A stretch of 64,000 bases of DNA from Nocardioides sp. Lineage in GTDB: Bacteria > Actinomycetota > Actinomycetes > Propionibacteriales > Nocardioidaceae. This document shows positions 8,106-17,657 of this stretch, one piece after another. Numbering within the stretch: position 1 is the first letter of the stretch; every line of letters begins with the position of its first letter. Where the stretch lies: the NCBI GenBank assembly GCA_039812025.1, contig JBDHZS010000001.1, positions 1,429-65,428 of the forward strand, written 5' to 3'. The notes beneath the pieces are model-generated. The model made no database searches. It saw only the letters and a program-made list of their open reading frames with translations, and was not told the DNA's origin. The translations under genes were made by a program, and so were the position numbers.

Positions 8106-9416
8106 TCACGATGAAAGCGTGGGGCCGGTATCGCCGGGACGGTGGGTGATCGCGGCCTCGAAGTCGCGGCGATTCTGTTCCGCGCCCTCGGGTGGCTCGT
8201 GCTCGACCGGCGTCGGGCGGAGGTCATTGCGGACAGTGTCGAGCAATCCGGTCTGGACGGGGCCAGTGACGGGCAGCCACTTCGGGCGGTTCACGCGGAG
8301 GAGGTCGCCGTTGTGGTTGTTCATGCCGGGGACGATGACGCGCTGGAAGTAGAGACGCTCCTTGATGCCGAGTTCGACGGCGGTGCAGACGCGCTCGTCG
8401 ATGCCGGCGCTGATCCGCATCAGTCGCCGTACCTCCCCGGTGTCGTTGAGCCCTTCGGCGGGGAGCTTCTGCATCCGTGCTGCCGCGACTGAGCCTTGGC
8501 CGGCAGCGAGTCCGCCCTTGCCGTAGAGCCCGCCGACGTCACGGGTCTGGTGGACGAGGCGTCCGTAGGTGTCGGCTCGGCGTTGCCAACGCCCAGCCAG
8601 ATCGGGAGCGGCGTCGCTGAGTCGTCGTGCGGCTTCGAGGGAGACGATGCGTTGGGAGTCCATGACGACGCGCAGGCTTTGGGCGTCGGGGAACTTGATC
8701 AGGTGGAGCAGCAGGTTGTGCTGGGCCTGGAGGACGCCGGTGATGCCAAGGAGTCCGGGGCCTTCGATCAGCCGTGTGGGTGGTCTCCAGCCACGTCGGT
8801 CGACGGAGTAGTCGGGGTCGCCGTAGCCGGAGTACGCCGCGCAGACCTCGGCCGCGCGCCCGAGCCGTCCTAGGTCCTTCAACTGCTTCCAGCCCGGGAT
8901 GTTCGCGTACCGCCGATCGAGTCCTTCGAGCGCGCGGGTGATCTCGGCGGCATCGTGGATCACCGTCATGCACTCGGCTTCGGAGAGTCGCCCGTAGCCG
9001 ACCCCGGCGTCGAAGTCGTGCTCCCCGAGAGCACACGCGCGGGCGGCCTGTCGCCACAGGTCGACCATCTCGAACCGTTGGCCCGAGACGAGTTCGTCCA
9101 TCGTCGGCATCCCGGCGGGGTCGGCGCTGATGGCGGCGTCGAGGCGATAGCGCAGTTCTTCGGCCGGCCCGCGGGTTCGGGCGCTCGTGCCGGTCAGGTT
9201 GATGCGCGGGTTCGCGGCCCGCATCGCCTGGTGGCACCAGACGAGGACCGCGCGGCGGTAGCGGGCGATCTGTTCCCCGATCTCTTGGCGTTCGGCGACC
9301 GTGGTCGTCTCGGGCACGGTGTGGAGCCCGGCGCCGCCGATGCGTTGCTGGATGCGGTGCTGGGTCAGCAACTCGCGTAGCGAGTCGCGCAGCAGCCGCG
9401 TGTTCTCGCCGTACAT
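8106..9416 (-). CDS. Hypothetical protein, 436 aa
   Basis: ATG 9416 overlaps the upstream stop; coherent coding frame; no recognised motif. Confidence 0.8.
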   Translation of the reverse strand: MYGENTRLLRDSLRELLTQHRIQQRIGGAGLHTVPETTTVAERQEIGEQIARYRRAVLVWCHQAMRAANPRINLTGTSARTRGPAEELRYRLDAAISADPAGMPTMDELVSGQRFEMVDLWRQAARACALGEHDFDAGVGYGRLSEAECMTVIHDAAEITRALEGLDRRYANIPGWKQLKDLGRLGRAAEVCAAYSGYGDPDYSVDRRGWRPPTRLIEGPGLLGITGVLQAQHNLLLHLIKFPDAQSLRVVMDSQRIVSLEAARRLSDAAPDLAGRWQRRADTYGRLVHQTRDVGGLYGKGGLAAGQGSVAAARMQKLPAEGLNDTGEVRRLMRISAGIDERVCTAVELGIKERLYFQRVIVPGMNNHNGDLLRVNRPKWLPVTGPVQTGLLDTVRNDLRPTPVEHEPPEGAEQNRRDFEAAITHRPGDTGPTLSS

Positions 9417-9712
9417 CAGGGCGCGTCCAAATCGCGGGCGGCATAGAGCATGTCGAGGACCAGCTCGACGGTCAGGCCGTCGATCCCATGCGTGAGGAGG
9501 TCCTCGATGGCCGACTCCGCGACGGTGAACAGCGTGTCGTGGTCGGTGACTGGGACCGGGCTGATCGCGGGGATGAGGTCGCCGTGGATGAAGTCGATCT
9601 GGAGCAGGACGCGGTCGTACTCGATCGAGGCGTCGATGGTGAGGGCGTTGTCGGCCAGGGCGGCGACATACGAGCGGGCCTCGGCGAGGGTGACCGCATG
9701 GGCAAGCAACAT
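9416..9712 (-). CDS. Hypothetical protein, 98 aa
   Basis: GAAAGG RBS; translational coupling to the next gene. Confidence 0.75.
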   Translation of the reverse strand: MLLAHAVTLAEARSYVAALADNALTIDASIEYDRVLLQIDFIHGDLIPAISPVPVTDHDTLFTVAESAIEDLLTHGIDGLTVELVLDMLYAARDLDAP

Positions 9713-9828
9713 GACAGATGCCTTTCGATTGGGGCGGCGGAACTTCACCGTCGCGCCGGGGCCGCCCGGGACGAGCGATGAGTAGCTGTGGGTGTGGACA
9801 GCCCGGCGGAACCGGCTGCCGTGTACGG

Positions 9829-10425
9829 CTATGAGGCGGCACGGACCTGTTCCTCGATGGCCCTTCGCGTCGCCACGTCCTCCTGTATGAAGAGGCGGAA
9901 GTCGGCCCAGCGGTCGGTGATCTCGACCTCGGCCCCGGCTTCGCGCAACGGTTCACCAGGCCAGGTGGTCTGGCGCGTGGGCCGGTCACTATCGATGCGG
10001 GTGCCTGAGAGCGACACCCACTCGCGGAGCCGGTTCTTGGCTTCGTGGAAGTCGCGGTGCCACCCGAGCGGCCCCGAGGGGGTGCCTTCGGAGTTGTAGG
10101 CGTTGAGCCAGTGGGTGTGCAGCGCGGAGAGTTCCCAGATCAGCTCGTCGTGGCGATGCCAGTACGGCGGCACCACCGTCGGCGGCAGCCCGTAGGTCAG
10201 CCGCAGCCAGTCGACCCATGCATCGAGGTCGGTCCACTCGATCAGCGCCTCGTCGGCGGTGAGCAGGTTCCAGTTGATTGGTCGCAGCGACTCGCGGTCC
10301 TCGAAGTCGGAGTAGTCGGCGATCCCGAACAGCTCACCGGGACCGCCGTACTCCTCCTGATCCGGGTCGCCGGCCTCGACCTCCAGCAGTGTGGGCTGGT
10401 CTCCGCTGTCGGTGCCGGTGCTCAT
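9829..10425 (-). CDS. Hypothetical Trp-rich ICE protein (DUF4913-like)
   Basis: LDAWVDWL...PPYWHRHDELIWELSALH...WH pattern, typical of actinobacterial conjugative elements. Confidence 0.75.
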   Translation of the reverse strand: MSTGTDSGDQPTLLEVEAGDPDQEEYGGPGELFGIADYSDFEDRESLRPINWNLLTADEALIEWTDLDAWVDWLRLTYGLPPTVVPPYWHRHDELIWELSALHTHWLNAYNSEGTPSGPLGWHRDFHEAKNRLREWVSLSGTRIDSDRPTRQTTWPGEPLREAGAEVEITDRWADFRLFIQEDVATRRAIEEQVRAAS

Positions 10426-10437
10426 GACGTGCGCCGA

Positions 10438-10869
10438 TCAGAGGCCGACGGCCGGAGCGGGCTCATTGACCACCGTCATGTCGTTGGTCGGCGGGTCGGG
10501 CTGCTTGGCCGGGGTGCGATCCACGACGTAGCGGGTCCGGGCGCAGTCGTGCCCGATGCGGCGGGCGACGAACTGCTCACGGACCTCGCTGTGGCCGCCG
10601 GGGCGCTCCTGCTCGTACTCGTGGATGTAGCCCGAAGCGACGATGGCGTCGCCCGGCTTGAACCTCGGGTACGCCCGCTCGGCCGCGCGGTCGAACAGCA
10701 CCAGGTCACAGAAGACCGGGTCGAGCTTCGTGAACGACCCGTCGACCTCCTTGCGGTGCTGCTCGATACCGACCCGGCAGAAGAACCTCGGGTGACCCTT
10801 GCCGGTGAAGGTCAGCTCCGGCGCGGTAGCGATGAACCCCTGAAGGCTCATCTGCGTGGGAATCGTCAT
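10438..10869 (-). CDS. ssb: Single-stranded DNA-binding protein
   Basis: OB-fold pattern GFIATAPELTFT...FKPGDAIVASG...ARRIGHD. Confidence 0.85.
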   Translation of the reverse strand: MTIPTQMSLQGFIATAPELTFTGKGHPRFFCRVGIEQHRKEVDGSFTKLDPVFCDLVLFDRAAERAYPRFKPGDAIVASGYIHEYEQERPGGHSEVREQFVARRIGHDCARTRYVVDRTPAKQPDPPTNDMTVVNEPAPAVGL

Positions 10870-10921
10870 TACGGACTCCTGACGTCGGGCAGTCGCCCGG
10901 ATGGCAACCGCTCTCAGGAGT

Positions 10922-10930
10922 CAGGTGTGC
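10922..10930 (-). promoter_or_regulatory. GCACACCTG motif upstream of ssb
   Basis: Exact 9-mer 52 nt before ATG, followed by anti-SD ACTCCT. Confidence 0.65.
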
Positions 10931-11016
10931 GAGCGTGTCGATGTGTTTGGGAGGTTCCGGGGGCTTGGATCAGTAGCCTTGGAGAGTCAGACGCGAGCAG
11001 GTGAGGGTGGGTCCAG

Positions 11017-12198
11017 GTGGTGAACGGTCGCGCCAACCCGTCTGACTTGATCGTCGCCGATCTGAAGGAACGGTTTGACGAGCATGCTGCTGCTCCGGCT
11101 TTCGATCGTCTTTACGACGACCCAGAGTTTGCGCACATGTTCGCTGTCCTGCATCGCCGGCTTAACAAGCACTTCGATGACATCAACGGTCGCGCCAAGA
11201 CGACGCACCACTACTGGGCAGACAACAGTCGGGACCTCCTCGCGCTGATTGACGAGCTCAATCAGATTCGCCACGACCTGCGCCGAGCAGGAGTCGAGAT
11301 CCAGCTTGATGAGCGCTACCAAGAAGCACTGGAGCGATGCGAGCCGTGGCTCACACCGTCCGGGGGTAGCCCAGTTCCCGATGACTTTGAGCAGATCGAG
11401 GTCGTCTCGTACGAACCGGTCTTCACGCGTCCCTCAACAAGGCTCAGGCTGAAGAAGCAGGACGCACCGGTCGAACTGAAGATGGTGGGCGAAGGCTCCT
11501 ACGCGACCGTGTACTCCTACGTGGACCCGGACTATGGCATCAAGTTTGCGGTCAAGCGAGCCAAGCGAGGCATCGCTGAGAGAGACCTGCATCGGTTCAG
11601 GCAGGAGTTCGACGTCATGGCCCGGCTTAGCTTCCCGTACGTCTTGGACGTGTACAAGTACGACGAAGAGCGTCACGAGTATCGGATGGAGTTCTGCGAC
11701 GAAACGCTGCGCGACTACATCGGGAAACGAAACGGCACGCTCAGCTTCTCATCTAGAAGGCGCATCGCACTTCAATTGCTTTACGGGATCAACTACATCC
11801 ACGGCGAGGGCCTGCTCCACCGGGATATCAGTCTCCAGAACGTTCTGGTGAAGGTCTACGCGAGCGGGGCCGTGCTGGTGAAGCTGTCGGACTTTGGCTT
11901 GGTCAAGGATGCAACCTCGACATTTACGCGGACTCAGACCGAGATGCGTGGGACCATTCGTGACCCCCTCATTCACGACTTCAAGAGCTACACGGTGCTC
12001 AACGAGATGTACGCAATCGGGTGGGTTCTGTCCTACATCTTCACCGGGCGTGAGGCACTCGCATCCGCAGGTGACGAGGTGAGTCGCATCGTCCAGAAGT
12101 GCGCCGCCCACGACACTGCACGTCGGTACAAGACTGTGTTGGAGCTGATCGCCGACGTTGAGCGGCTCGATGCCGCACCGACCGCCGGACCCGAGTAG
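11017..12198 (+). CDS. Ser/Thr protein kinase with N-terminal helical domain (candidate abortive-infection kinase)
   Basis: GEGSYATV, AVKRAK, HRDISLQN, SDFG; no TM or PASTA domains. Confidence 0.9.
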   Translation: MVNGRANPSDLIVADLKERFDEHAAAPAFDRLYDDPEFAHMFAVLHRRLNKHFDDINGRAKTTHHYWADNSRDLLALIDELNQIRHDLRRAGVEIQLDERYQEALERCEPWLTPSGGSPVPDDFEQIEVVSYEPVFTRPSTRLRLKKQDAPVELKMVGEGSYATVYSYVDPDYGIKFAVKRAKRGIAERDLHRFRQEFDVMARLSFPYVLDVYKYDEERHEYRMEFCDETLRDYIGKRNGTLSFSSRRRIALQLLYGINYIHGEGLLHRDISLQNVLVKVYASGAVLVKLSDFGLVKDATSTFTRTQTEMRGTIRDPLIHDFKSYTVLNEMYAIGWVLSYIFTGREALASAGDEVSRIVQKCAAHDTARRYKTVLELIADVERLDAAPTAGPE

Positions 12199-12209
12199 AT
12201 GCCCCATGT

Positions 12210-13973
12210 CTACCGCCTGCGGAGTGCAGCTTCGACCTCGGTGCGCTGTTCGCGGAGCTGGTCGGCTTCCTTTCGAGTGGTCCAAGGGCGCAGGTCCGTG
12301 ACCAGTGGCGGTGCGCTTCGCAGGAGCACGAGGGCTGTGCCGAAGGGCAGTGTGCGGATGGCTTCGGGTGGCATGACCGGCACGCGCCGGATCGAGCGTT
12401 GTAGCGATCGGGAGCCGTAGTCGCCGACCGAGACGGTGTCGGTCTTCTCGTCGCGCTCGCCGATCAGCGCGGAGAGGTCTTGGAGGTCCTTGGCTGAGGA
12501 GGTGCCGCCGAGGACGACCTTGACGATGCTGGCGTCCCAGAGTGCCCCGGCCGCGTGGTCGCCCCACTTGTCACGCGCCTGCGACAGCGACTGAAGGACC
12601 GGCATGGTCGTGATCCCCGTGCCACCGCCTTCGGCCATGAGGACCGGCAGCGATGGGAGCGGGGAAAGGTTGCCGATCTCGTCGAGCGCAAGCAGCAACG
12701 GCGGGTCGAGACGAGCCCCGGGTGAGGCCGCGGCGAGGTGCCGTGCCGTCTCGACGAGGTCCTCGATGAACGCCGCGACCAGTGACCAGGAGGCGCCTGC
12801 TCCGGCGCCGGTGGCGAGCAGGTAGAGGGTGCCGTTGTTGGTGAGGAAGTCGACGGGGTCGAAGTGCTCGCCGGGCTTGGGTGAGACGGCGTCGAGCACG
12901 CGCGGGTCGGCGAGGCAGGTGAGGGCGAGGGAGACGCCCATCCAGATCGAGTCGCGGGTGCGGGGGCCGGAGTGGATCATCGACTCCAGCGAGTCGGCCC
13001 AACCGGGCGCTGCCTCCGGACTGCTGGACAGGATCGCCACAGCGTCGGCTGCGGACGACGGTGAGAGGGTCCAGCCGAACAGCTCGCGTGGCGACCTGTT
13101 GTCGAGCGCAGCGGCATGGAGCAGGGCTTGAAGCGCGGTGCGGGTCTTGCCCTCCCAGAAGCCCCCGGACTCGACGCCGCCGGTCGACAGGCCAGTGGCA
13201 GAGGCGAGGCCGGTGGCGCGGATCATCGCGGTCAGCGGGTCCTCGCATCCGCGCACGGGCGACCAGCGCAACCCGGCAGGCAGGCCCTCGGCGAGATGTT
13301 GCGGATCGAACACCGCGACCGGGCCGCGCCCCTTTCGGGCCGTGAGGGTGGCGGCGATGTTGTCGGGCCGGGTCGCGGTGGTGATGACCGCGCCGGGTGC
13401 GTCGAGGATCGCGTTGATGACCACGTGCAGGCCCTTCCCAGATCTGGGTGGGCCGAGCAGCAGGATCGAGTCTTCGACCGATGCCCACACGTCTTGCCCG
13501 CGGGAGCGGCCGAGGAGGTAGCCGATGTCGGAGGGCTCGGGCTTGTCGAGCGATGGCCGCAGCGTCTGGCCGCGCGACAGCAGAGCCTTGTGTGAGGCGA
13601 CGGCTCGTATGTCGCGGCTGGTGGCGACACCGGCAAGTCGTCGCGGGTCGTGGGTGGTCTTGTGTCTCATAGACCCGATCCGTCGCCACAGCACCAGCGC
13701 CGCGGCGGCGACGCCCCCAACCATGAGGATCAGCACGAGCCAGTAGACCCATGCCGCGAGCCCGTCAGCGCCGAGAGCCGAGGCCGGGTCACCCGGACGA
13801 CTGAGCACCCGGAAGCCCGCCTCCCAGCCACCGGACGGCTGCGCAGCACCTGAGACGAACGCGGCTGCTGACCCTGCGAATCGCAGGATCGCGGCGATCA
13901 AGCTGACGGCGGCGATGAGGACGAGGCCGAGGTTGACCAGGTCGTCGTCGACTCCCGGTCCGCGCGGGTTCAT
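12210..13973 (-). CDS. virD4: Type IV coupling protein (VirD4/TraG family)
   Basis: Two N-terminal TM segments, GPPRSGKG, LALDEIGN, LQSLSQ. Confidence 0.92.
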   Translation of the reverse strand: MNPRGPGVDDDLVNLGLVLIAAVSLIAAILRFAGSAAAFVSGAAQPSGGWEAGFRVLSRPGDPASALGADGLAAWVYWLVLILMVGGVAAAALVLWRRIGSMRHKTTHDPRRLAGVATSRDIRAVASHKALLSRGQTLRPSLDKPEPSDIGYLLGRSRGQDVWASVEDSILLLGPPRSGKGLHVVINAILDAPGAVITTATRPDNIAATLTARKGRGPVAVFDPQHLAEGLPAGLRWSPVRGCEDPLTAMIRATGLASATGLSTGGVESGGFWEGKTRTALQALLHAAALDNRSPRELFGWTLSPSSAADAVAILSSSPEAAPGWADSLESMIHSGPRTRDSIWMGVSLALTCLADPRVLDAVSPKPGEHFDPVDFLTNNGTLYLLATGAGAGASWSLVAAFIEDLVETARHLAAASPGARLDPPLLLALDEIGNLSPLPSLPVLMAEGGGTGITTMPVLQSLSQARDKWGDHAAGALWDASIVKVVLGGTSSAKDLQDLSALIGERDEKTDTVSVGDYGSRSLQRSIRRVPVMPPEAIRTLPFGTALVLLRSAPPLVTDLRPWTTRKEADQLREQRTEVEAALRRR

Positions 13974-14488
13974 GCCGCACCTCCAGAGACCATGACGGTG
14001 CCGGACCGCTTGCCCATGAACACCACCAGGCCGGGGTGTGCTTCGAGCAGCGCCGGAGGGAGGCGCAGTCGGGCGGTGCCGTCGGTGCTGGCGACCTGAT
14101 GTGCGACCACGACAGCCACGACGACTTCCTCGCCTGCCAGGAACCCTTCGCCGGCGACCTCGCCGATCGAGGTGCTGGCTTCGCGCATCGGCTTGACCAC
14201 AGCAAGCTTGGGACGCTCAGGCGTGACGATGTCGGTGAACGTGGACTTGTTCGCCTCGCGGACCTCGACGCGCACGGCGGTGCCGAGATCGGCGGCGATG
14301 TCGTCGAGCACCCGCTTGAGGTCATCGCGTGTCAGCGTCCCGTCGGCGGAGTACGGCTCACGGTCCAGAGTGACGGTCAGGTAGCCCTTCTTGTCCACGT
14401 CGATCTCGACCAGAGGCATCACCACAGGCACCCGGACCATCGAGCGGTCGTCGCGGCGGTACGGCGTGGCAGCGTTGATCATGCTCAT
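13970..14488 (-). CDS. Hypothetical ICE protein
   Basis: Overlaps both ardC and virD4. Confidence 0.75.
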   Translation of the reverse strand: MSMINAATPYRRDDRSMVRVPVVMPLVEIDVDKKGYLTVTLDREPYSADGTLTRDDLKRVLDDIAADLGTAVRVEVREANKSTFTDIVTPERPKLAVVKPMREASTSIGEVAGEGFLAGEEVVVAVVVAHQVASTDGTARLRLPPALLEAHPGLVVFMGKRSGTVMVSGGAA

Positions 14489-15540
14489 AGCCCGATCGGC
14501 TCCACCTGTCGCTGCGCGACGGTCTGCACCGGCGCCGCACCGCGCCCGGCGGCGAGGGCCTCTCGGTCGAGTCCGGGCGGGTTGCCGTCGCCCACCTGCG
14601 GGGTGTCGAGCTTGTCGAGGATAGTCACGGCCGCGCCGCGTACCCGCTCTGCGGTGGACTGCACGACCTCGACCGGGGTCTTGCCCGGCACGCTCGATGC
14701 CCACGAGGCCACGTACGGGATCGTGTATTCATCGGTCGCCAACCCATGCGCCGCACCGACCATGAGCGCAACGCTCTCGGCTTCGACCTCAGCGATGCCA
14801 CGGTGCATGGCTGCGTCGGCGCTGTCGGGGCCGTGAAGCATCACGTGGCCGAGTTCGTGGGCAAGTGTCTTGACCTGGGCGGCGTCGTCCATGTCCATCC
14901 GCACCGACACCTCACGGGTCATGTAGTCGGTCAACCCGTTCGCCCCGCCGATCGACTTCACGTTGGAGACCAGCCGTAGCTCGAAGCCGTGCGCGGTGAT
15001 CTGATCCGCCAGACCGTCCCACAGCCCTTCTGGTGCCTGGCCTTGCAGGAGGGTCGGGGCAGGTGGCTCAGGGATGGGTTCGCCGTCGGTCTGGGAGATG
15101 TCCCAGACGTGCGCGGGCTTGAGGCCGACGAGCTTGGATCGCACGGCCTCGCCGAAGCCGGGCTTCTCGCCGCGAGAGAGGCGTCGCCACGAGTCCGGGT
15201 CGGATGGGTTCGAGGAGGCGAACCGGGCCGTGACGGGGGCGAGGATCGCGTACCCGGACTGGCCCTTCATCACCGAGCGGTTCAGACTGAGCCACTGCTT
15301 GAATCCGGCGACGTACGTCGGCATCGGCTCGGGCACGCGACCTTGCTGGAAGGCGGCGTAGTGCTGAGCCGCGATCAGCATTGTGTTCCCAAAGCTGCGA
15401 CCGCGGAACTTCGCGGCTAACTCCAGGGCCCGCTTCCAGTCCTCCCCAGTGACGAGCGCGCCGACGGACTCGGCGAGCTTCTTCTGGAGCGCTTCGAGCT
15501 TCGCCTCGCGGGCCGCGAGGTCTCGGGCTTGTACTCGCAT
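14485..15540 (-). CDS. ardC: ArdC-like ssDNA-binding/antirestriction protein with metalloprotease-like domain
   Basis: SFGNTMLI..Q, VAGFKQW..LNRSVMKG, VWDISQT, HELGH, EVEAES; AGGAGG RBS. Confidence 0.85.
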   Translation of the reverse strand: MRVQARDLAAREAKLEALQKKLAESVGALVTGEDWKRALELAAKFRGRSFGNTMLIAAQHYAAFQQGRVPEPMPTYVAGFKQWLSLNRSVMKGQSGYAILAPVTARFASSNPSDPDSWRRLSRGEKPGFGEAVRSKLVGLKPAHVWDISQTDGEPIPEPPAPTLLQGQAPEGLWDGLADQITAHGFELRLVSNVKSIGGANGLTDYMTREVSVRMDMDDAAQVKTLAHELGHVMLHGPDSADAAMHRGIAEVEAESVALMVGAAHGLATDEYTIPYVASWASSVPGKTPVEVVQSTAERVRGAAVTILDKLDTPQVGDGNPPGLDREALAAGRGAAPVQTVAQRQVEPIGL

Positions 15541-15572
15541 TCCCGTTCCTCCTGACAGTCGTTGTCGAAGGA

Positions 15573-15581
15573 CAGGTGTGC
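15573..15581 (-). promoter_or_regulatory. GCACACCTG motif upstream of the ardC-virD4 operon
   Basis: Exact 9-mer 32 nt before ATG, followed by anti-SD TCCTTC. Confidence 0.65.
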
Positions 15582-15593
15582 GAGCAGGTCCTG

Positions 15594-15863
15594 CTACCGC
15601 CAGGGGCCGTCGTTCCAGACGTTGATGTCGCTCCTGGCCGGCCGCAGGACCGCGACAGGAAGCCAGCCTTGGCAGACCCGCTCCTTGAGACCGGTGTTGT
15701 CGACCCACACGACCCATGCGGTCCAGCGGCCGGACTCGCGGCGCCAGTCCAGGATCAGACCGGGGGCAGGCGGCGGGTAGTTGCCGTGGCCGAACCGCAC
15801 CCAGCAGTGGCGCCAGCGCTTGGGCTGGGGCCACGCGTCGTTCTTCGGCGGGTTCGAGGACAC
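15594..15863 (-). CDS. Small Trp-rich hypothetical protein, probably SOS-regulated
   Basis: GTG start 20 nt from the LexA box. Confidence 0.7.
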   Translation of the reverse strand: MSSNPPKNDAWPQPKRWRHCWVRFGHGNYPPPAPGLILDWRRESGRWTAWVVWVDNTGLKERVCQGWLPVAVLRPARSDINVWNDGPWR

Positions 15864-15883
15864 GTCTCAATCTTGACCCATCC

Positions 15884-15899
15884 TCGAACATGTGTTCGA
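15884..15899. promoter_or_regulatory. LexA (SOS) box
   Basis: TCGAAC-ATGT-GTTCGA is a perfect match to the actinobacterial consensus TCGAAC-N4-GTTCGA, in a 44-bp divergent spacer. Confidence 0.88.
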
Positions 15900-15907
15900 C
15901 TTGGGGA

Positions 15908-16120
15908 ATGGATCAGCGCGATGGCGTCAGGCGGTACGACGACGGCTACCGCGACGGTCGCACCGCGTGTCTGAGCACCGGCTCATCGTCGGCTGCCCGC
16001 CTGCTCCTTGAAGCCCGACGAGACCGCGACAGCGCCTACGACGCCGGGTTCGAGTGGGCGTTGTGGGACTACGACGACGCCAACGGCCTTCGGAACAACC
16101 AGATCGCCCGGCACGCATAA
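15908..16120 (+). CDS. Small hypothetical protein, 70 aa, probably SOS-regulated
   Basis: ATG 8 nt after the LexA box; repeated YDDGY/YDAGF motif; hairpin 16124-16157 follows. Confidence 0.65.
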   Translation: MDQRDGVRRYDDGYRDGRTACLSTGSSSAARLLLEARRDRDSAYDAGFEWALWDYDDANGLRNNQIARHA

Positions 16121-16166
16121 GGAGACCCCGCCTGCGTCTCGGGTCGCCGACGGGGTCACCGGGATG

Positions 16167-17657
16167 CTAGTTCCTGGCAGACGCTCGCGCAGACGTATCG
16201 AAGAGTTCCAGCTCGGCCGGGTGGAGCTGGTGCTGTACGACGAATGACCTGTGCTTGATCCGCCATAGCCCCTGACCCGTGCCCAGGGTCGGCAGGAGCG
16301 ACTGCTCCGTGCCGGTCAGCCCCAGAGCGGCAGCCGTGGAGCCGAGTTGGTCGGACTCCTGCCGGTAGACCACCCGGGTCTCGGCGTTCGCCAGCAACGA
16401 CGAGGCCAGGGCGCGCATGGCAGAGCCCTGGTCGCCGACGTTGTCGAGGTCGGAGAGCTTGTGGAAGATCAGCATGTTCGCAATGCCGTAGTGCCGCGCC
16501 AGCCGCCAGTGCGCATCCATGCGTCGGAGCAGGGCGGGGTGGGACATGAGCCGCCACGCTTCGTCGTAGACCACCCAGCGCTGCCCGCCATTGGGGTCGA
16601 GCAGGGCGGACTCCATCCACGCGGACGCGCACGTCATCAGCACCGAGACGAGCGTCGCGTTCTCAGTCACCCGTGACAGGTCGAGCGAGATCATCGGCAA
16701 CGCCGGGTCGAACCGCACCGTGGACGGGCCATCGAAGAGCCCGGCCAGGTCACCGGCGACGAGACGCCGCAGCGCGTGACCAGCCAGCCGCCCGTCCTCG
16801 GCCAGTCGACCGTCGGAGTCTGTCGCTTGGTCGGGCGCAAGCAGCCGGTCGACCACCATCGGCAGCACCGGTACATCGGATGAGCGAACCGTGTCGGCGA
16901 GTGCGACGTCGATCGCGGTGTGCTCCAAGGGAGTGAGTCGCCGGTCGAGCACTGTCTCGGCGAGCGCGCCGACCAGTTCGCGCCGCCGTGCAGTCACTTG
17001 CGCGGCCCATTGGAGGTCGTCGAGCCCGGTGGGTCGGTGTCCCTCATCGAGTGGGTTGAGCCGGTTCGCCATGCCGTGCCCGAGCGCGATGGCTTTCCCG
17101 CCGACGGCCTCGGCAACAGCGGTGTGCTCGCCCTTCGGGTCGCCAGGGACGTAGACACGGCGACCGAACGGAATCGAGCGGGTGTAGAGGCTCTTCGCCA
17201 GTGCCGACTTGCCGGCGCCGACGATCCCGGCGAGCACGAGGTTCGGAGCTGTGATCAGACCGCGGGCGTAGAGCACCCACGGGTCGTAGACGAATGACGA
17301 CCCGGAGTAGAGATCCTGGCCGACGAAGACGCCGTCGCTCCCGAGACCACCCTCGGCAAGGAATGGATAGGCGCCCGCGAGGGTGGCCGAGGTGTCTTGG
17401 TGGCGTGGCAATCGCAAGCGACCAGGAGTGCGCAGTGCGGCGGGACCGGGTTCGCCGGCCTTTGGCAATACGACGGTCGCGCGCCGCTCGGCCGCCAGCT
17501 CCTCTGCCTTCGCTTTCGCGGCGGCCTTGCGGGAGTCACGGTCCTCGGCGAGCAACGACTTCGCAGCGGCTTTGCGTGCCCGTCGGTCACGGCGACGCTC
17601 ACGTCGAGGGGCGACGAGGACCGTACTGTGCAGACGCCCTTCGTCCCTGCCGCTCAC
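16167..17657 (-). CDS. virB4: VirB4-like conjugation ATPase
   Basis: GIVGAGKS, DPKGE, VVYDEAW, ARHYG. Confidence 0.9.
   Translation of the reverse strand: MSGRDEGRLHSTVLVAPRRERRRDRRARKAAAKSLLAEDRDSRKAAAKAKAEELAAERRATVVLPKAGEPGPAALRTPGRLRLPRHQDTSATLAGAYPFLAEGGLGSDGVFVGQDLYSGSSFVYDPWVLYARGLITAPNLVLAGIVGAGKSALAKSLYTRSIPFGRRVYVPGDPKGEHTAVAEAVGGKAIALGHGMANRLNPLDEGHRPTGLDDLQWAAQVTARRRELVGALAETVLDRRLTPLEHTAIDVALADTVRSSDVPVLPMVVDRLLAPDQATDSDGRLAEDGRLAGHALRRLVAGDLAGLFDGPSTVRFDPALPMISLDLSRVTENATLVSVLMTCASAWMESALLDPNGGQRWVVYDEAWRLMSHPALLRRMDAHWRLARHYGIANMLIFHKLSDLDNVGDQGSAMRALASSLLANAETRVVYRQESDQLGSTAAALGLTGTEQSLLPTLGTGQGLWRIKHRSFVVQHQLHPAELELFDTSARASARN

Noticed and set aside
9788-9796. CCACACCCA upstream of the 9712 gene as a regulon motif
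   Set aside because: Only 6/9 match and no RBS-pairing segment follows; too weak to count
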